Positions 9,795 to 20,883 of a stretch of 64,000 nt of DNA are shown piece after piece. The DNA lies in NCBI GenBank assembly GCA_946624985.1, contig CAMOSQ010000002.1, forward strand, positions 27,233-91,232, read 5' to 3'. Positions within the stretch are counted from its first letter, which is position 1, and each line of letters starts with the position of its first letter. A program made the translations under genes and the position numbers. The DNA comes from an uncultured Bacillales bacterium (GTDB lineage: Bacteria > Bacillota_I > Bacilli_A > RF39 > UBA660). The notes under the pieces are model-generated. The model was given only the letters and a program-made list of their open reading frames with translations. It had not been told where the DNA came from and searched no databases.

Positions 9795-11066
9795 TTACAC
9801 AATAATTTCTTTAATAAGTTTATTTTCTTCTATTTTTTCTTTTGTTATTTCAAAGCATTTTATAAATTCTTCTTCTGGTAGTTTTTTATCATTGATATAA
9901 ACACTCAATAGTTCTTCATTCTTTTTTATATAATCTCCTACTTTTTTATTTAAAACTATTCCTACTTCAAAGTCGATATTTTCTTCTTTGCTTAGTCTCC
10001 CTGCTCCTATTATTCTTGCATTTTCTCCTAGTCTTAATGCATCAATGTGTTTAATATATCCCTCTTCTTTACTTTTTATGCTTAGTATATTTTTTGATAT
10101 TTTTATGTTATTTATATTTCCATTTTGATTTTCTACTAGTTCTATAAATTTATCATATGCTTTACCGTTATTTAGATTTTCTAATACTTCTTGTTTTGCT
10201 TCATCTATACTTATGTTTTTTGCCATACTTACCATATATGATGCAAGTTCTATAACGAGATTTGTTAAGTCTTTTGGACCATTTCCTTTTAATGTATTTA
10301 TACTTTCTATTACTTCTAGTGAGTTACCTATTGCATATCCTAATGGTTCGTCCATATCTGTTATGAAGCATACTACTTTTTTGTTGTGTTGTTTACCTAT
10401 TTCTACTAGTAAATTAGCTAGTTTTTTTGCGTCTTCTATTGTTTTCATTAATGCACCATTACCTACTTTTACATCAATTACTATACAAGATGCTCCACTT
10501 GCTAGTTTTTTACTCATTATTGATGATGCGATTAGTGGTATTGATTCTACTGTTCCTGTTACATCTCTTAATGCGTATATTTTTTTATCTGCTGGAACTA
10601 AATTTCCCATTTGTCCTACTATTGCTACTTTTATTTTTTTTACCTGATCTTTAAATTTATTTATATCTATGCTTGTATTAAAGCCTGGAATTGATTCTAA
10701 TTTATCTATTGTACCACCTGTGAATCCTAGTCCTCGTCCTGACATTTTTGCAATATTTACTCCACATGATGCTACTAGGGGTGCTAGTATTAGTGTTGTT
10801 TTATCTCCTACACCACCTGTTGAATGTTTATCTACTACTGGTTGTAATTCTTCTAAGTCTATAATTTCGCCACTATTTAGCATTATTTCTGTTAGATCAA
10901 ATGTTTCTTTATTGGTCATTCCATTTATTGTTATTGCCATTAAAAGTGAGCTCATCTGATAGTCTTTAATTTCTCCTTTTAAATACCCATCTATTGCATA
11001 TTTTATTTCTTCGTATGAAAGTTCTTCTTTGTTTTTTTTCTTTGTTATTATATCTATTATTGTCAT
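9795..11066 (-). CDS. pdp: Pyrimidine-nucleoside phosphorylase
   Basis: Motifs are DKHSTGGVGDKTTLILAPLVAS and SGRGLGFTGGTIDKLESIPGF. Confidence 0.9.
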   Translation of the reverse strand: MTIIDIITKKKNKEELSYEEIKYAIDGYLKGEIKDYQMSSLLMAITINGMTNKETFDLTEIMLNSGEIIDLEELQPVVDKHSTGGVGDKTTLILAPLVASCGVNIAKMSGRGLGFTGGTIDKLESIPGFNTSIDINKFKDQVKKIKVAIVGQMGNLVPADKKIYALRDVTGTVESIPLIASSIMSKKLASGASCIVIDVKVGNGALMKTIEDAKKLANLLVEIGKQHNKKVVCFITDMDEPLGYAIGNSLEVIESINTLKGNGPKDLTNLVIELASYMVSMAKNISIDEAKQEVLENLNNGKAYDKFIELVENQNGNINNIKISKNILSIKSKEEGYIKHIDALRLGENARIIGAGRLSKEENIDFEVGIVLNKKVGDYIKKNEELLSVYINDKKLPEEEFIKCFEITKEKIEENKLIKEIIV

Positions 11067-11112
11067 ATTTTATCACCATTATAATTATAACAAAAAAAGA
11101 TGAAATAAGTAA

Positions 11113-11469
11113 CTATTTCATCAATTTTCTTGAAATTAATTCTATTGTTCTTTTTGGATCTGAACAAAGTTTATTATATAATTCTCTATTGTGCTTTAAT
11201 TCATTTATTATTTGAATATCTTCATCAGCCATTATAACATTGTAGTCTTTGTTTTTTTCGCTTACAACGTTTTTATCTCTTCCTAAAACATAGTCTGGCT
11301 CTAGATCTAATATTTTAATTAAATCTAAAAAGTTTTCCATTGTAGGTGTTCTTGTTCCCTTTTCATATCCACAAATAGATACTTTTGAAACTCCTAATAG
11401 ATTTCCTAGTTCTTCTTGTGACATGTTTCTTTTTATTCTTGCTTCTTTTAATCTTTTTCCAATTATCAT
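11113..11469 (-). CDS. XRE-family HTH transcriptional regulator
   Basis: The N-terminal HTH_3 pattern is RLKEARIKRNMSQEELGNLLGVSKVSICGYEKG. Confidence 0.75.
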   Translation of the reverse strand: MIIGKRLKEARIKRNMSQEELGNLLGVSKVSICGYEKGTRTPTMENFLDLIKILDLEPDYVLGRDKNVVSEKNKDYNVIMADEDIQIINELKHNRELYNKLCSDPKRTIELISRKLMK

Positions 11470-11533
11470 AAAAATCCTCCCCGAAACAAATTGTTAACCA
11501 TATTATAACAAAAAATCTGCATTTTTGTACAAA

Positions 11534-11587
11534 ATTAACTAAATAGTTATCATTTTTCTTGAAGTTAATTCAAAGTTAATGTATAAT
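11534..11587 (+). promoter_or_regulatory. Divergent promoter/operator region between two XRE genes
   Basis: TTGAAG (11559-11564), a 17-nt spacer and TATAAT (11582-11587) form a promoter. AGTTAAT boxes lie at 11563-11569 and 11574-11580, with an inverted copy ATTAACT at 11534-11540. Confidence 0.45.
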
Positions 11588-11607
11588 TAGTATGGATGGT
11601 GATTTTT

Positions 11608-11835
11608 ATGGAAAAATTAAGAGAATTAAGACTTAAGAATAAGTTTACGAATCAGTTTATGGCTGATGAACTAGGTATAAGTAAACCTTTTTATTGGCAA
11701 ATTGAACATGGTCAAAAAAGACTTTCTTACAATATGGCTATTAAAATTTCTAAAATTTTTAATCTTAAACCTGATGATTTGTTTTATGATGAATTTAATG
11801 GTAAAAAAGTAGATATTGAAGTTAATCATAAATAG
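11608..11835 (+). CDS. Small XRE-family HTH regulator (Cro-like)
   Basis: MEKLRELRLKNKFTNQFMADELGISKPFYWQIEHGQKRLS shows an HTH_3 pattern. Confidence 0.7.
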   Translation: MEKLRELRLKNKFTNQFMADELGISKPFYWQIEHGQKRLSYNMAIKISKIFNLKPDDLFYDEFNGKKVDIEVNHK

Positions 11836-11868
11836 TTCATATCTATTTTTTTTATTAAAAAAAACAGA

Positions 11869-12207
11869 TTATTTATCTGTTTCTTCATGTCTTCTACTTG
11901 ATAAGAATGTTACTTTTTCTGCTATTACTTCTGTTACATATTTTACTTCATCGTCTTGTTCATAGTGGCTTGTTTGTATTCTTCCTTTGATACCTACTAA
12001 GTCACCTTTTTTACAGTATTCAGCAGTGTTTTCTGCTACTCCTCTCCATAGTACACAAGGTATATAATCTGTTTCATATTCTCCTTCCATATTTTTGAAA
12101 CTTCTTGGTACTGCAAGTGTTAATTGCGCTACTTTATTTCCATTTTCAGTTTCATGTAATTCTAAATCCCTTACTATTCTTCCAACAATTACTGTTTGAT
12201 TTAACAT
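11869..12207 (-). CDS. ssb: Single-stranded DNA-binding protein (short form, no acidic tail)
   Basis: MLNQTVIVGRIVRDLELHETENG..VLWRGVAENTAEY..GDLVGIKGRIQT is an OB-fold SSB pattern. It ends ..RRHEETDK without a DDxPF-type tail. Confidence 0.8.
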   Translation of the reverse strand: MLNQTVIVGRIVRDLELHETENGNKVAQLTLAVPRSFKNMEGEYETDYIPCVLWRGVAENTAEYCKKGDLVGIKGRIQTSHYEQDDEVKYVTEVIAEKVTFLSSRRHEETDK

Positions 12208-12358
12208 ATCATTTCTCCTTTCATTTAGAATATATAATATTTATAAATTTATATCAAATTACAGTTTATATAAAATATGTAAAAAAAAAATACTGATTTT
12301 TTAAAACAGTACTTTAGATTTTTAATTTTTGTATATTTTTAAATTCTAATATAAAACT

Positions 12359-12643
12359 TTAGCATTCTAGTTCTATTTTTTTGTTTTCTATATTTTTTGT
12401 TTCTTTATTTATATAGAATATTATTTTTGAATTATCTTTACATTTTTTTAAGTTTGATAAATCATATTCATCTTCGTCACTTGCGTTTTTTAAATCTGAT
12501 AATGTAATGGTTACTGATTCTATATTATTAACCATTTTCATATGATTTTCATAGTATTGTTTTGCATATTTTTCAAATGTTTTTTCTTTATTTGAACATC
12601 CTGTTAGTATAACTAAGAAAAGTAATAAATAAATTTTTTTCAT
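12359..12643 (-). CDS. Small lipoprotein, unknown function
   Basis: It has the lipobox LVILTGCSN. Confidence 0.5.
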   Translation of the reverse strand: MKKIYLLLFLVILTGCSNKEKTFEKYAKQYYENHMKMVNNIESVTITLSDLKNASDEDEYDLSNLKKCKDNSKIIFYINKETKNIENKKIELEC

Positions 12644-12651
12644 TTTGCCTC

Positions 12652-13959
12652 CTAAAAATAATTTTTTAAAAGTGAATTTAGTTCTACTGCATATTCCATT
12701 GGTAGTTCTTCTCTAAATCTTTCAATGAATCCCATTATTAAAAGTTCTTTTGCTTTTTCTTCGCTGATACCTCTACTCATTAGATAAAATAGTTTTTCTT
12801 TATCTATTTTTGATACGGTTGCTTCATGTTCGATGCTTGATGTTTTGTTGTATACTTTGTTTTGTGGTATTGTATCACTTTTTGATTTATTATCAAGTAT
12901 GATTGTATCACATTTTACTATAGATTTTGAATGTTCTGCATTTTTAGAAATATTAACTGTTCCTCTATATGTTGCTTCTCCACCATTTAGCGCGATTGAT
13001 TTACTTATAATATTACTTTTTGTGTATGGTGCGAGATGAATCATTTTTGCTCCTGTATCTTGTGTTTGATTTTCTTTTGATATAGCTATTGATATACAGT
13101 TTCCACTGGCATATTTACCATTTAGAATGCAGGATGGATATTTCATATTTACTTTTGAGCCAATGTTTCCATCGATCCATTCCATACATCCTCCTTCTTC
13201 TACAATTGCTCTTTTTGTTACTAGATTGTATACATCTCCTGACCAGTTTTGAATTGTTGTATATCTACATTTTGCATTTTTTTTAACATATATTTCTACT
13301 ACTGCTGCGTGTAATGAGTCTGATGTGTATGTTGGTGCTGTGCAACCTTCCATATAATGAAGATCACTTTCTTCGTCTACAATTATGATTGTTCTTTCAA
13401 ATTGTCCCATATTTTTTGTGTTTATTCTAAAATAACTTTGTAGTGGTCTATCTAATTTTGTCTTTGGTGGTATATATATGAATGTTCCTCCACTCCAAAC
13501 TGCTCCATTTAAAGCTGTGTATTTATTTTCATCAAATTTTACTAGATTATTAAAGTACTCTTTGAATAGTTCAGGGTATTTTTTTAAGGCTGTATCTGTA
13601 TCACAAAAAATTATGTTTTTTTCTTCTAATTCTTTTATCATATTGTGATAAATTACTTCGCTTTCATATTGTGCTCCTATTCCTCCTAGATATTTTTTTT
13701 CCGCATCTGGAAGTCCTAGTTCGCAGAATGTTTTTTGTGCTTCTTCTGGTACTTCTTCCCATCTATTATGTATTTTATCATCTATTTTTTTATAATATGT
13801 TATTATATCAAAGTCTAATTTTAGTTCTGGTCCAAATTTTGGATTACTTAATTCTATAAACTTTTTATATGCATTTATCCTAAATTTTTTCATCCAGTCT
13901 GGTTCTTTTTTTATATTAGAAATTTCTATTACTTTTTCTTCGTTTATGCTTTTTTCCAT
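12652..13959 (-). CDS. sufB: Fe-S cluster assembly protein SufB
   Basis: [25 protein letters not shown] and the C-terminal [28 protein letters not shown] are typical of SufB. Confidence 0.8.
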   Translation of the reverse strand: MEKSINEEKVIEISNIKKEPDWMKKFRINAYKKFIELSNPKFGPELKLDFDIITYYKKIDDKIHNRWEEVPEEAQKTFCELGLPDAEKKYLGGIGAQYESEVIYHNMIKELEEKNIIFCDTDTALKKYPELFKEYFNNLVKFDENKYTALNGAVWSGGTFIYIPPKTKLDRPLQSYFRINTKNMGQFERTIIIVDEESDLHYMEGCTAPTYTSDSLHAAVVEIYVKKNAKCRYTTIQNWSGDVYNLVTKRAIVEEGGCMEWIDGNIGSKVNMKYPSCILNGKYASGNCISIAISKENQTQDTGAKMIHLAPYTKSNIISKSIALNGGEATYRGTVNISKNAEHSKSIVKCDTIILDNKSKSDTIPQNKVYNKTSSIEHEATVSKIDKEKLFYLMSRGISEEKAKELLIMGFIERFREELPMEYAVELNSLLKNYF

Positions 13960-13975
13960 TTCATCACCGTTTAAA

Positions 13976-14398
13976 CTATTGTTCTTTTTTTAGAATTTTT
14001 TCTATTCCCCACCAACCAAGCAGAGCACATTTTTTTCTGTTTGGTTGTTTATATATGTCGTTATATACATTAGCTTGTTCTAAAATATCTTCTTTGTATT
14101 CTTTTTCGTCAATCATATTGTAAAAGTTATTTATAATTTCTTCTGCTTCTTTTATGCTTTTTCCAATTAATGTATCTATCATTATGGATGTTGATGATGT
14201 ACATATTGCGCATGCTTCTCCATCAAATCTCACATCTATTATTTTATCTTTTTCTAGTTTTACCATTAGATTTACTTCATCAATACAGGAATCATTATTC
14301 ATATTTATTTTAATGTATGTTTCGTCTTCTATTAATCCTTTGTTTTTTGGATTTTGATAGTGTTCTAGTATTATACTTCTTTTCATATTTTGATCCAT
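13976..14398 (-). CDS. sufU: SufU/IscU-type Fe-S scaffold (NifU family)
   Basis: Motifs are [33 protein letters not shown] and RKKCALLGW. Confidence 0.8.
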   Translation of the reverse strand: MDQNMKRSIILEHYQNPKNKGLIEDETYIKINMNNDSCIDEVNLMVKLEKDKIIDVRFDGEACAICTSSTSIMIDTLIGKSIKEAEEIINNFYNMIDEKEYKEDILEQANVYNDIYKQPNRKKCALLGWWGIEKILKKEQ

Positions 14399-14448
14399 AA
14401 CATCGCCTCTTTTTAATTATAGCACTTTTTTTACATAATTAAAAGAAG

Positions 14449-14709
14449 CTATTTAGCTTCTACTATTAGTTTTATTGCTGTTTTTTCTTCACCTTCAATT
14501 TGAATATCTGTAAATGCTGGTATGCAGACTAGATTTTTTCCTGATGGCGCAACAAAGCCTCTTGCTATTGCGATTGCTTTAATTGCTTGATTTAGGGCTC
14601 CTGCACCTATTGCTTGTATTTCAACAATTCCTGTTTGTCTTATCACATTAGCGAGTGCTCCTGCAACTGAATTAGGTTTTGATTTTGTTCCTACTTTAAG
14701 TGTTTCCAT
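14449..14709 (-). CDS. spoVS: Stage V sporulation protein S
   Basis: METLKVGTKSKPNSVAGALANVIR..IQAIGAGALNQAIKAIAIARGFVAPSG..CIPAFTDIQIEGEE is a near-canonical SpoVS sequence. Confidence 0.9.
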   Translation of the reverse strand: METLKVGTKSKPNSVAGALANVIRQTGIVEIQAIGAGALNQAIKAIAIARGFVAPSGKNLVCIPAFTDIQIEGEEKTAIKLIVEAK

Positions 14710-14768
14710 AATTATTCCTTCTTTCTATACTAAATTATATTAAGTTTTTATAATTATATTACACTTTT

Positions 14769-15590
14769 TTAATATGGAAAATTGATATCTTTTATTTTTA
14801 TTTTTATTTGCTTTTTTGTTGTTTTTCCTAGATTTATTTCTGGTTTATTTGTTCCATGAAAATCACTTCCACCGGTTGTTATAAGGTTATATTTTTGCGC
14901 TAATATTTTGTATCTAATAACATCTTCTTCTGTATGAATGGTATTATATATTTCTATTCCATCTAATCCTTCTTTTATAAGTTCTTTTATTAATTCTTCA
15001 ATTTCTATTTTATAGTCATTCTCTATTTCTTTTGGATGCGCTAATACTGCTACTCCTCCTGATTTATGTATTACTTCTATTATTTTTTTTGAATTACTTC
15101 TATGTGTTATCAAGTCTTTTGGTGTCAAATATTTTATATATATTTCTTTTCTGGTGCCGTATCCTTTTTTTTCTAATAAATCGCATATATCTGTTCTACT
15201 TATTGTTTTTGTTTTTTCTAGTATATATTTTTCTTCTTCTGGTGTTATTATTCCATAATTATCTTTAATATATTTTAGTACTTGAATAATTTTTTTATTT
15301 CTTCTTTTTTTTATTAGTTCGCATTCTTTTAGTAAGTATTCATTTTTATGGTCTATTTTATATCCTAGTATATGACAATTAATACTTTTATGGTGTGCGG
15401 ATAGTTCTATTCCTGGTATATAAATAGTGTTGTTTGGTAGATTTATTTTTTCAATTTCTATATTTGATTTAATATTATCGTGATCTGTAATTGAGAATAT
15501 TTTAATTTTTAATTCTTGAATCATTTCTATTATTTCTTTTGTTGTGTATGTTCCATCAGAGTTTTTTGTATGTATATGCATATCTATCAT
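14769..15590 (-). CDS. PHP-domain metal-dependent phosphoesterase
   Basis: It has an N-terminal MHIHTKNSDG, then ..SITDHD.. and ..GGSDFHG. Confidence 0.7.
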   Translation of the reverse strand: MIDMHIHTKNSDGTYTTKEIIEMIQELKIKIFSITDHDNIKSNIEIEKINLPNNTIYIPGIELSAHHKSINCHILGYKIDHKNEYLLKECELIKKRRNKKIIQVLKYIKDNYGIITPEEEKYILEKTKTISRTDICDLLEKKGYGTRKEIYIKYLTPKDLITHRSNSKKIIEVIHKSGGVAVLAHPKEIENDYKIEIEELIKELIKEGLDGIEIYNTIHTEEDVIRYKILAQKYNLITTGGSDFHGTNKPEINLGKTTKKQIKIKIKDINFPY

Positions 15591-15648
15591 AGGATCACTT
15601 CCTAGTTTTATTTTAGCATTTTAAGAAAAAAAGAACAATATTTTGTTC

Positions 15649-17373
15649 TTACATTTCAGTATTATATAAACTTTTATATATTTTTGATTTTTCTAATAAT
15701 TCTTTGTGAGTTCCTGAATCACTTAGCTTTCCTTTATCTATTATATGTATTATATCTGAATCTATTATTGTTGATAGTCTATGCGCAACAATTATTATTG
15801 TGTGATCTTTTATTAGATTATCTATAGTCATTTTTATGTATTCTTGTGACTCATTATCGAGTGCACTTGTAGCTTCATCAAATAGTATTATTTTTGTATT
15901 TAATAATAATGTTCTAGCAATTGCGATTCTTTGTTTTTGACCACCTGATAAGTTTACTCCACCTTCTCCTATTATTGTTTCATATTTGTCTGGTAGGCTC
16001 ATTATATAGTCATCTATATATGCTTTTTTACATACTTCTCTTATTTCTTCTATTGATGCATCTGGTTTTACAATTCTAAAGTTTTCTATTATTGAAATAT
16101 TAAATAGGAATGGTGCTTGTCTAATTATTGAAATATTATCTCTTAGTGATTTTTCTGTTAGTTCTTTAATGTTTACTCCGTCTATTAAAATTTCTCCTTC
16201 TGTTGCATCAAAATATCTTAATAATAGATTAAATATTGTTGATTTACCATTGCCACTTTTTCCTATTATTGCTATTTTTTTATGAGGTTCTAATTTTAAA
16301 TTTAATCCTTTTAGGGTTAATTCTTCATCGCTCGTATATTTAAATTTTACATTTTTAAATTCGATAATTCCGTTTGGTTTTTCTAATTCTATTTTTCCAA
16401 ATTTTTCATCTTTATATTTTCTATTATTTATGATTTCATCTATTCTTTTTAATGATACTGATACTTTGTTATAGTTTATACCAAAGTCACTAATGGACTC
16501 TACTACGTCATCTATTCTCCAAATATATGACTCAATTACTATGAATATCGCTAGTGACATTTTTCCGTTTACAAATAGTGCGCCTGAAGTCATAAGTATT
16601 ACAAATTGGAGTATAAAGTATATTAGACTATTCAAATTATAGTATATTATTTCATATAATTTTATCTTTTTTTGTTCTATAAATAAATTATCAAAGTTTT
16701 TAAACATTCTTTTTTCAATGTTTTTCTTTATTCCAAGTGCTTTTATTTCTCTTATTCCTGTTAGATTTTCTGTTGCTGATTTAACATATTCATCTGATTG
16801 TTTTTTTATTTTTTCTTGTGTTTCTTTAATTTTTGGAAAGAATTTTTTTGAGATTATTCCCATTGTTAGTCCGAATACTAATATTTCAATACCTAAAATC
16901 CATGATACTTTCATTGCTATTACGAATACAATTATAACTACTACTGATCTACAAGTCATTTTTATTAGTCTAGCTAATAGTTCCATTACTCTATCTGGAT
17001 CTGTTACCATTCTGTTTATAAATTCGCCTACTCCCATTTCTTCGAAAGCGATTGCTGGTAATTCTGTAATTTTATGATAAAGATCTTTTAATACGTTTTT
17101 TGAAAATTTTAATTCAAGGTAGTTGTATAGTAAGTCTCTTGGTATTGAGAATATTACATAGAACAGTATGTATAATGATTCCCATAATATTAGAAAAAAC
17201 AAAAACATCTTAAAATTCATATTTGTAAGATGTTCTAGAGCAAAACCCCAAAGTACTGATGTAATCAGTGCAGGTATATATGTTAAAATAACTAATGTTA
17301 GATATGAAATTAGCTTTAGTTTATCATCTTTCAAATAGTGCCATAAAATTTTGAAATTATTCTTTGTTTTCAT
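15649..17373 (-). CDS. ABC exporter, fused permease/ATPase
   Basis: Six predicted TM helices are followed by Walker A GKSGNGKST, signature LSGGQKQR and Walker B ILFDEATSALD. Confidence 0.85.
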   Translation of the reverse strand: MKTKNNFKILWHYLKDDKLKLISYLTLVILTYIPALITSVLWGFALEHLTNMNFKMFLFFLILWESLYILFYVIFSIPRDLLYNYLELKFSKNVLKDLYHKITELPAIAFEEMGVGEFINRMVTDPDRVMELLARLIKMTCRSVVVIIVFVIAMKVSWILGIEILVFGLTMGIISKKFFPKIKETQEKIKKQSDEYVKSATENLTGIREIKALGIKKNIEKRMFKNFDNLFIEQKKIKLYEIIYYNLNSLIYFILQFVILMTSGALFVNGKMSLAIFIVIESYIWRIDDVVESISDFGINYNKVSVSLKRIDEIINNRKYKDEKFGKIELEKPNGIIEFKNVKFKYTSDEELTLKGLNLKLEPHKKIAIIGKSGNGKSTIFNLLLRYFDATEGEILIDGVNIKELTEKSLRDNISIIRQAPFLFNISIIENFRIVKPDASIEEIREVCKKAYIDDYIMSLPDKYETIIGEGGVNLSGGQKQRIAIARTLLLNTKIILFDEATSALDNESQEYIKMTIDNLIKDHTIIIVAHRLSTIIDSDIIHIIDKGKLSDSGTHKELLEKSKIYKSLYNTEM

Positions 17374-17449
17374 AGTTTACCTCCTTTACATGTGTAATTT
17401 TAACATAATTGTTTCTTTATTTCAAGAAAAAACTAGTTTTAAAATTAAA

Positions 17450-17944
17450 CTAGTTTTTCTTTTTTTCTTTTCTATCTTCTTTTATTAATTTAAATACTTT
17501 AATGTCATCAACGTTATAATATGCTTCTTTAGTATGTGTATTTAAGTCTACTGTTGTTTCTACTGCTAATAGTTTCCCTCCATTTTGAATTATATTTAGC
17601 TCGTATAATGGATCATTATCAGATATTTTTATTTCTTTTATTTCTGTTCCACATTCATACCATGCTGTTATTACCATTCTTTTAAATTTTTCACCTGTTT
17701 GTGTTTCAAAGTTTTTTACGTATTCATCATTATAAAATACTTGATATGCTCTTATTTTTATCATTGCATCGCTAGGATTTAGGTATGAGTGTGAATCTGG
17801 TTCTAGTTCAATATATTTTCCTACAATTGATTGTCCACTATATTTATAAAAATTCTTATCTTTTTCATTTTTATCTGCTATTAGTAGTAAACCACCAAAT
17901 ACTGTTCCAAGTACTATAACGTTTCCAAAGCCTTTTTTTGCCAT
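17450..17944 (-). CDS. Membrane-anchored hypothetical protein
   Basis: It has an N-terminal hydrophobic anchor (VIVLGTVFGGLLLIA). No family was recognised. Confidence 0.3.
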   Translation of the reverse strand: MAKKGFGNVIVLGTVFGGLLLIADKNEKDKNFYKYSGQSIVGKYIELEPDSHSYLNPSDAMIKIRAYQVFYNDEYVKNFETQTGEKFKRMVITAWYECGTEIKEIKISDNDPLYELNIIQNGGKLLAVETTVDLNTHTKEAYYNVDDIKVFKLIKEDRKEKKKN

Positions 17945-17957
17945 AGTTTTTCCCCCT

Positions 17958-20765
17958 TTATAATATTTTTTTTAAAAATTGGCCTGTGTATGACTTTTCT
18001 ATTTTTGATACTTCTTCTGGAGTTCCTGTTGCGACTATATTTCCTCCTTGATCTCCACCTTCTGGTCCAAGATCTATTATATAGTCTGCAACTTTTATTA
18101 CGTCTAAGTTGTGTTCAATTACTATAACTGTATCCCCATTTTCAACTATTCTTTGTAATATTACTAGTAGTTTTTTTATATCTTCACTATGTAGTCCTGT
18201 TGTTGGTTCGTCTAGTATAAATAAGCTTTTACCGGTTGGTTTCTTTTGTAGTTCTTTTGCAAGTTTTACTCTAGCTGCTTCTCCTCCTGATAGTGTTGGA
18301 GCGCTTTGACCTAGTTTAACGTATGATAGACCTACATCCATTAGCATTTGTAGTTTGTTTTTTACTTTTGGATGATTTTCAAAGAATTCTAATGCTTCTT
18401 CTACTCTCATTTCTAATACATCATATATTGATTTTCCTTTGAATTTTATATCAAGTGTTTCACTATTATATCTTGTTCCTCCACATACTTCGCATGGTAC
18501 GTATACATCTGGTAGGAAATGCATTTCTATTTTTTTTACTCCATCTCCCCAGCATGCTTCACATCTTCCACCTTTTACATTGAATGAAAATCTTCCTTTG
18601 TCATATCCTCTTATTTTTGCTTCTTTAGTTTGTGTAAATACATCTCTTATATCGTCAAATACTCCTGTATATGTTGCTGAATTTGATCTTGGTGTTCTAC
18701 CTATTGGTGCTTGTGATATGTCTATTACTTTGTCGATATTTTCTAATCCTTTTATTTCTTTGTATTTTCCTGGTTTTAATTTTGTTTTATATAGATTTGA
18801 TGCTACCGCTTTATATAGTATTTCGTTTATTAATGAACTTTTCCCTGATCCTGATACTCCTGTTATGCAAGTTAGTGTGCCAAGTGGAAATTTAACGTTT
18901 ATGTTTTTTAGGTTATTTTCTTGTGCTCCTTTTATTTCTATGTATTTTTTATTTCCTTTTCTTCTTTTTTCTGGTATTTCTATTTTTCTTTTTCCTGATA
19001 GATATTGTCCTGTTATACTAGACTCATTTTTCATTACTTCTTGTGGAGTTCCTTTTGCCACTACTTCTCCTCCGTGTATTCCTGCTTTTGGCCCTATGTC
19101 TACTAAGTAATCGCATGCTAACATTGTATCTGTATCGTGTTCTACTACTATAAGTGTATTTCCTAGATCTCTCATTTCTAGCATTGATTTTATTAGTCTT
19201 TCATTATCTCTTTGATGTAGTCCTATACTTGGTTCGTCTAGGACGTATAGTACTCCTGTTAGTCTTGATCCTATTTGTGTTGCAAGTCTTATTCTTTGTG
19301 CTTCTCCACCTGATAGTGTTCCTGCTGTTCTATTTAGTGTTAGATATTCTATTCCAACATTTATTAGAAATTCAAGTCTTGAATTTATTTCTTTTAGTAT
19401 TAATTCTGATATTTCTTGTTGTTGTTTTGAAAGTTTTAGATTTTTTAGGAAAACGTGCAAGTCTTTTATACTTAATTGTGTCATTTCATATATGTTCTTT
19501 TTTCCTATTAGTACTGATAGAACCGATTCATCTAATCTTGATCCATGGCAGGTTGGACAAACTAGTTCTGTCATATAGTTTTCTATCCATTCTCTAATCC
19601 AAGAACTTTTTGTTTCTATGTATCTTCTTTCTAGGTTAGTTATTATTCCTTCAAAGAAGTCTTTTTTGTTTCTTGTATTTCCTGTTTTTGATTTATATTT
19701 GAACTCTAGAATATCTTTTGATCCATATAGTATTATATCTAGTTCTTCTCTTTTTAGGTTTTTTACTGGTTTATCAAGGTCTATATTATAAAATTTAGCT
19801 GCTGTAGATATTTCTGTGTATGTTGTATTTTCTTCTTCTGTATTGATTGCTACTATTGCGCCTTCATTTATACTTTTATTTTTATCTGGTATAATTAAAT
19901 CTTCATCTATTTTATATTGTATTCCTAAACCTTTACATTCCTTACATGCTCCATATGGTGCGTTAAATGAGAAGATTCTTGGTTCTAGTTCTGGTAGTGA
20001 GAAGTCACAGTCTGGGCATGCATATTTTTCACTCATTAGGAACTCTTTTTGTCCTACTACGTCTATTAATACTTTTCCATGTGCTAGTTTAGATGCTGTT
20101 TCTATTGATTCATAAAGTCTTGATCTTATTCCTTCTTTTATGATTAATCTATCTATTATTAATTCTATATTGTGTTTTTTTGTTTTGGATAGTTCAATAT
20201 TTTCTGATAGATCATATTCTTCATTATCTATTCTAATTCTTACATATCCTTCTTTTCTATATTCTTCTAGTAGATCTTTAAATGTTCCTTTTTCCCCATG
20301 TATTACTGGAGCCATTATTCTTATTTTTGTATTTTGTTCTAGATTTAGTACCTGATTTGTCATTTCTTCTATACTTTGACTTGATATTGGTTTATGATGA
20401 TTTGGACAATAAGGTATTCCTATTCTTGCGTATAGTAGTCTTAAATAATCGTATATTTCTGTTATTGTTCCAACTGTACTTCTTGGATTTTTATTTGTTG
20501 TTTTTTGGTCTATTGATATGGCTGGAGATAATCCTTCTATTGAGTCTACATTTGGTTTTTCTGATCCTCCTAGGAATTGTCTTGCATATGCGCTTAATGA
20601 TTCCACATATCTTCTTTGTCCTTCTGCATATATTGTATCGAATGCTAATGAACTTTTTCCTGACCCTGATACTCCTGTCATTACAATTAGTTTGTTTTTT
20701 GGTAGTTCTAGATCTATGTTTTTTAAATTATTTTCTCTTGCGCCTTTTATTACTATTTTATCCAT
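17958..20765 (-). CDS. uvrA: Excinuclease ABC subunit A
   Basis: There are two ABC modules (GVSGSGKSSLAFDT, TGVSGSGKSSLINE; LSGGEAQR/LSGGEAARV) and zinc modules (CPDCD, CEACWGDG). Confidence 0.95.
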   Translation of the reverse strand: MDKIVIKGARENNLKNIDLELPKNKLIVMTGVSGSGKSSLAFDTIYAEGQRRYVESLSAYARQFLGGSEKPNVDSIEGLSPAISIDQKTTNKNPRSTVGTITEIYDYLRLLYARIGIPYCPNHHKPISSQSIEEMTNQVLNLEQNTKIRIMAPVIHGEKGTFKDLLEEYRKEGYVRIRIDNEEYDLSENIELSKTKKHNIELIIDRLIIKEGIRSRLYESIETASKLAHGKVLIDVVGQKEFLMSEKYACPDCDFSLPELEPRIFSFNAPYGACKECKGLGIQYKIDEDLIIPDKNKSINEGAIVAINTEEENTTYTEISTAAKFYNIDLDKPVKNLKREELDIILYGSKDILEFKYKSKTGNTRNKKDFFEGIITNLERRYIETKSSWIREWIENYMTELVCPTCHGSRLDESVLSVLIGKKNIYEMTQLSIKDLHVFLKNLKLSKQQQEISELILKEINSRLEFLINVGIEYLTLNRTAGTLSGGEAQRIRLATQIGSRLTGVLYVLDEPSIGLHQRDNERLIKSMLEMRDLGNTLIVVEHDTDTMLACDYLVDIGPKAGIHGGEVVAKGTPQEVMKNESSITGQYLSGKRKIEIPEKRRKGNKKYIEIKGAQENNLKNINVKFPLGTLTCITGVSGSGKSSLINEILYKAVASNLYKTKLKPGKYKEIKGLENIDKVIDISQAPIGRTPRSNSATYTGVFDDIRDVFTQTKEAKIRGYDKGRFSFNVKGGRCEACWGDGVKKIEMHFLPDVYVPCEVCGGTRYNSETLDIKFKGKSIYDVLEMRVEEALEFFENHPKVKNKLQMLMDVGLSYVKLGQSAPTLSGGEAARVKLAKELQKKPTGKSLFILDEPTTGLHSEDIKKLLVILQRIVENGDTVIVIEHNLDVIKVADYIIDLGPEGGDQGGNIVATGTPEEVSKIEKSYTGQFLKKIL

Positions 20766-20883
20766 AATTACTCCTTCAAAGTTTTATATATTATACTACA
20801 ATTTTTTTAAATGTAAAATGAATTTTTTACCATTTTATTATAACATACATTTGTTTGTTTATCAATAATAAAAAAACAAGATT

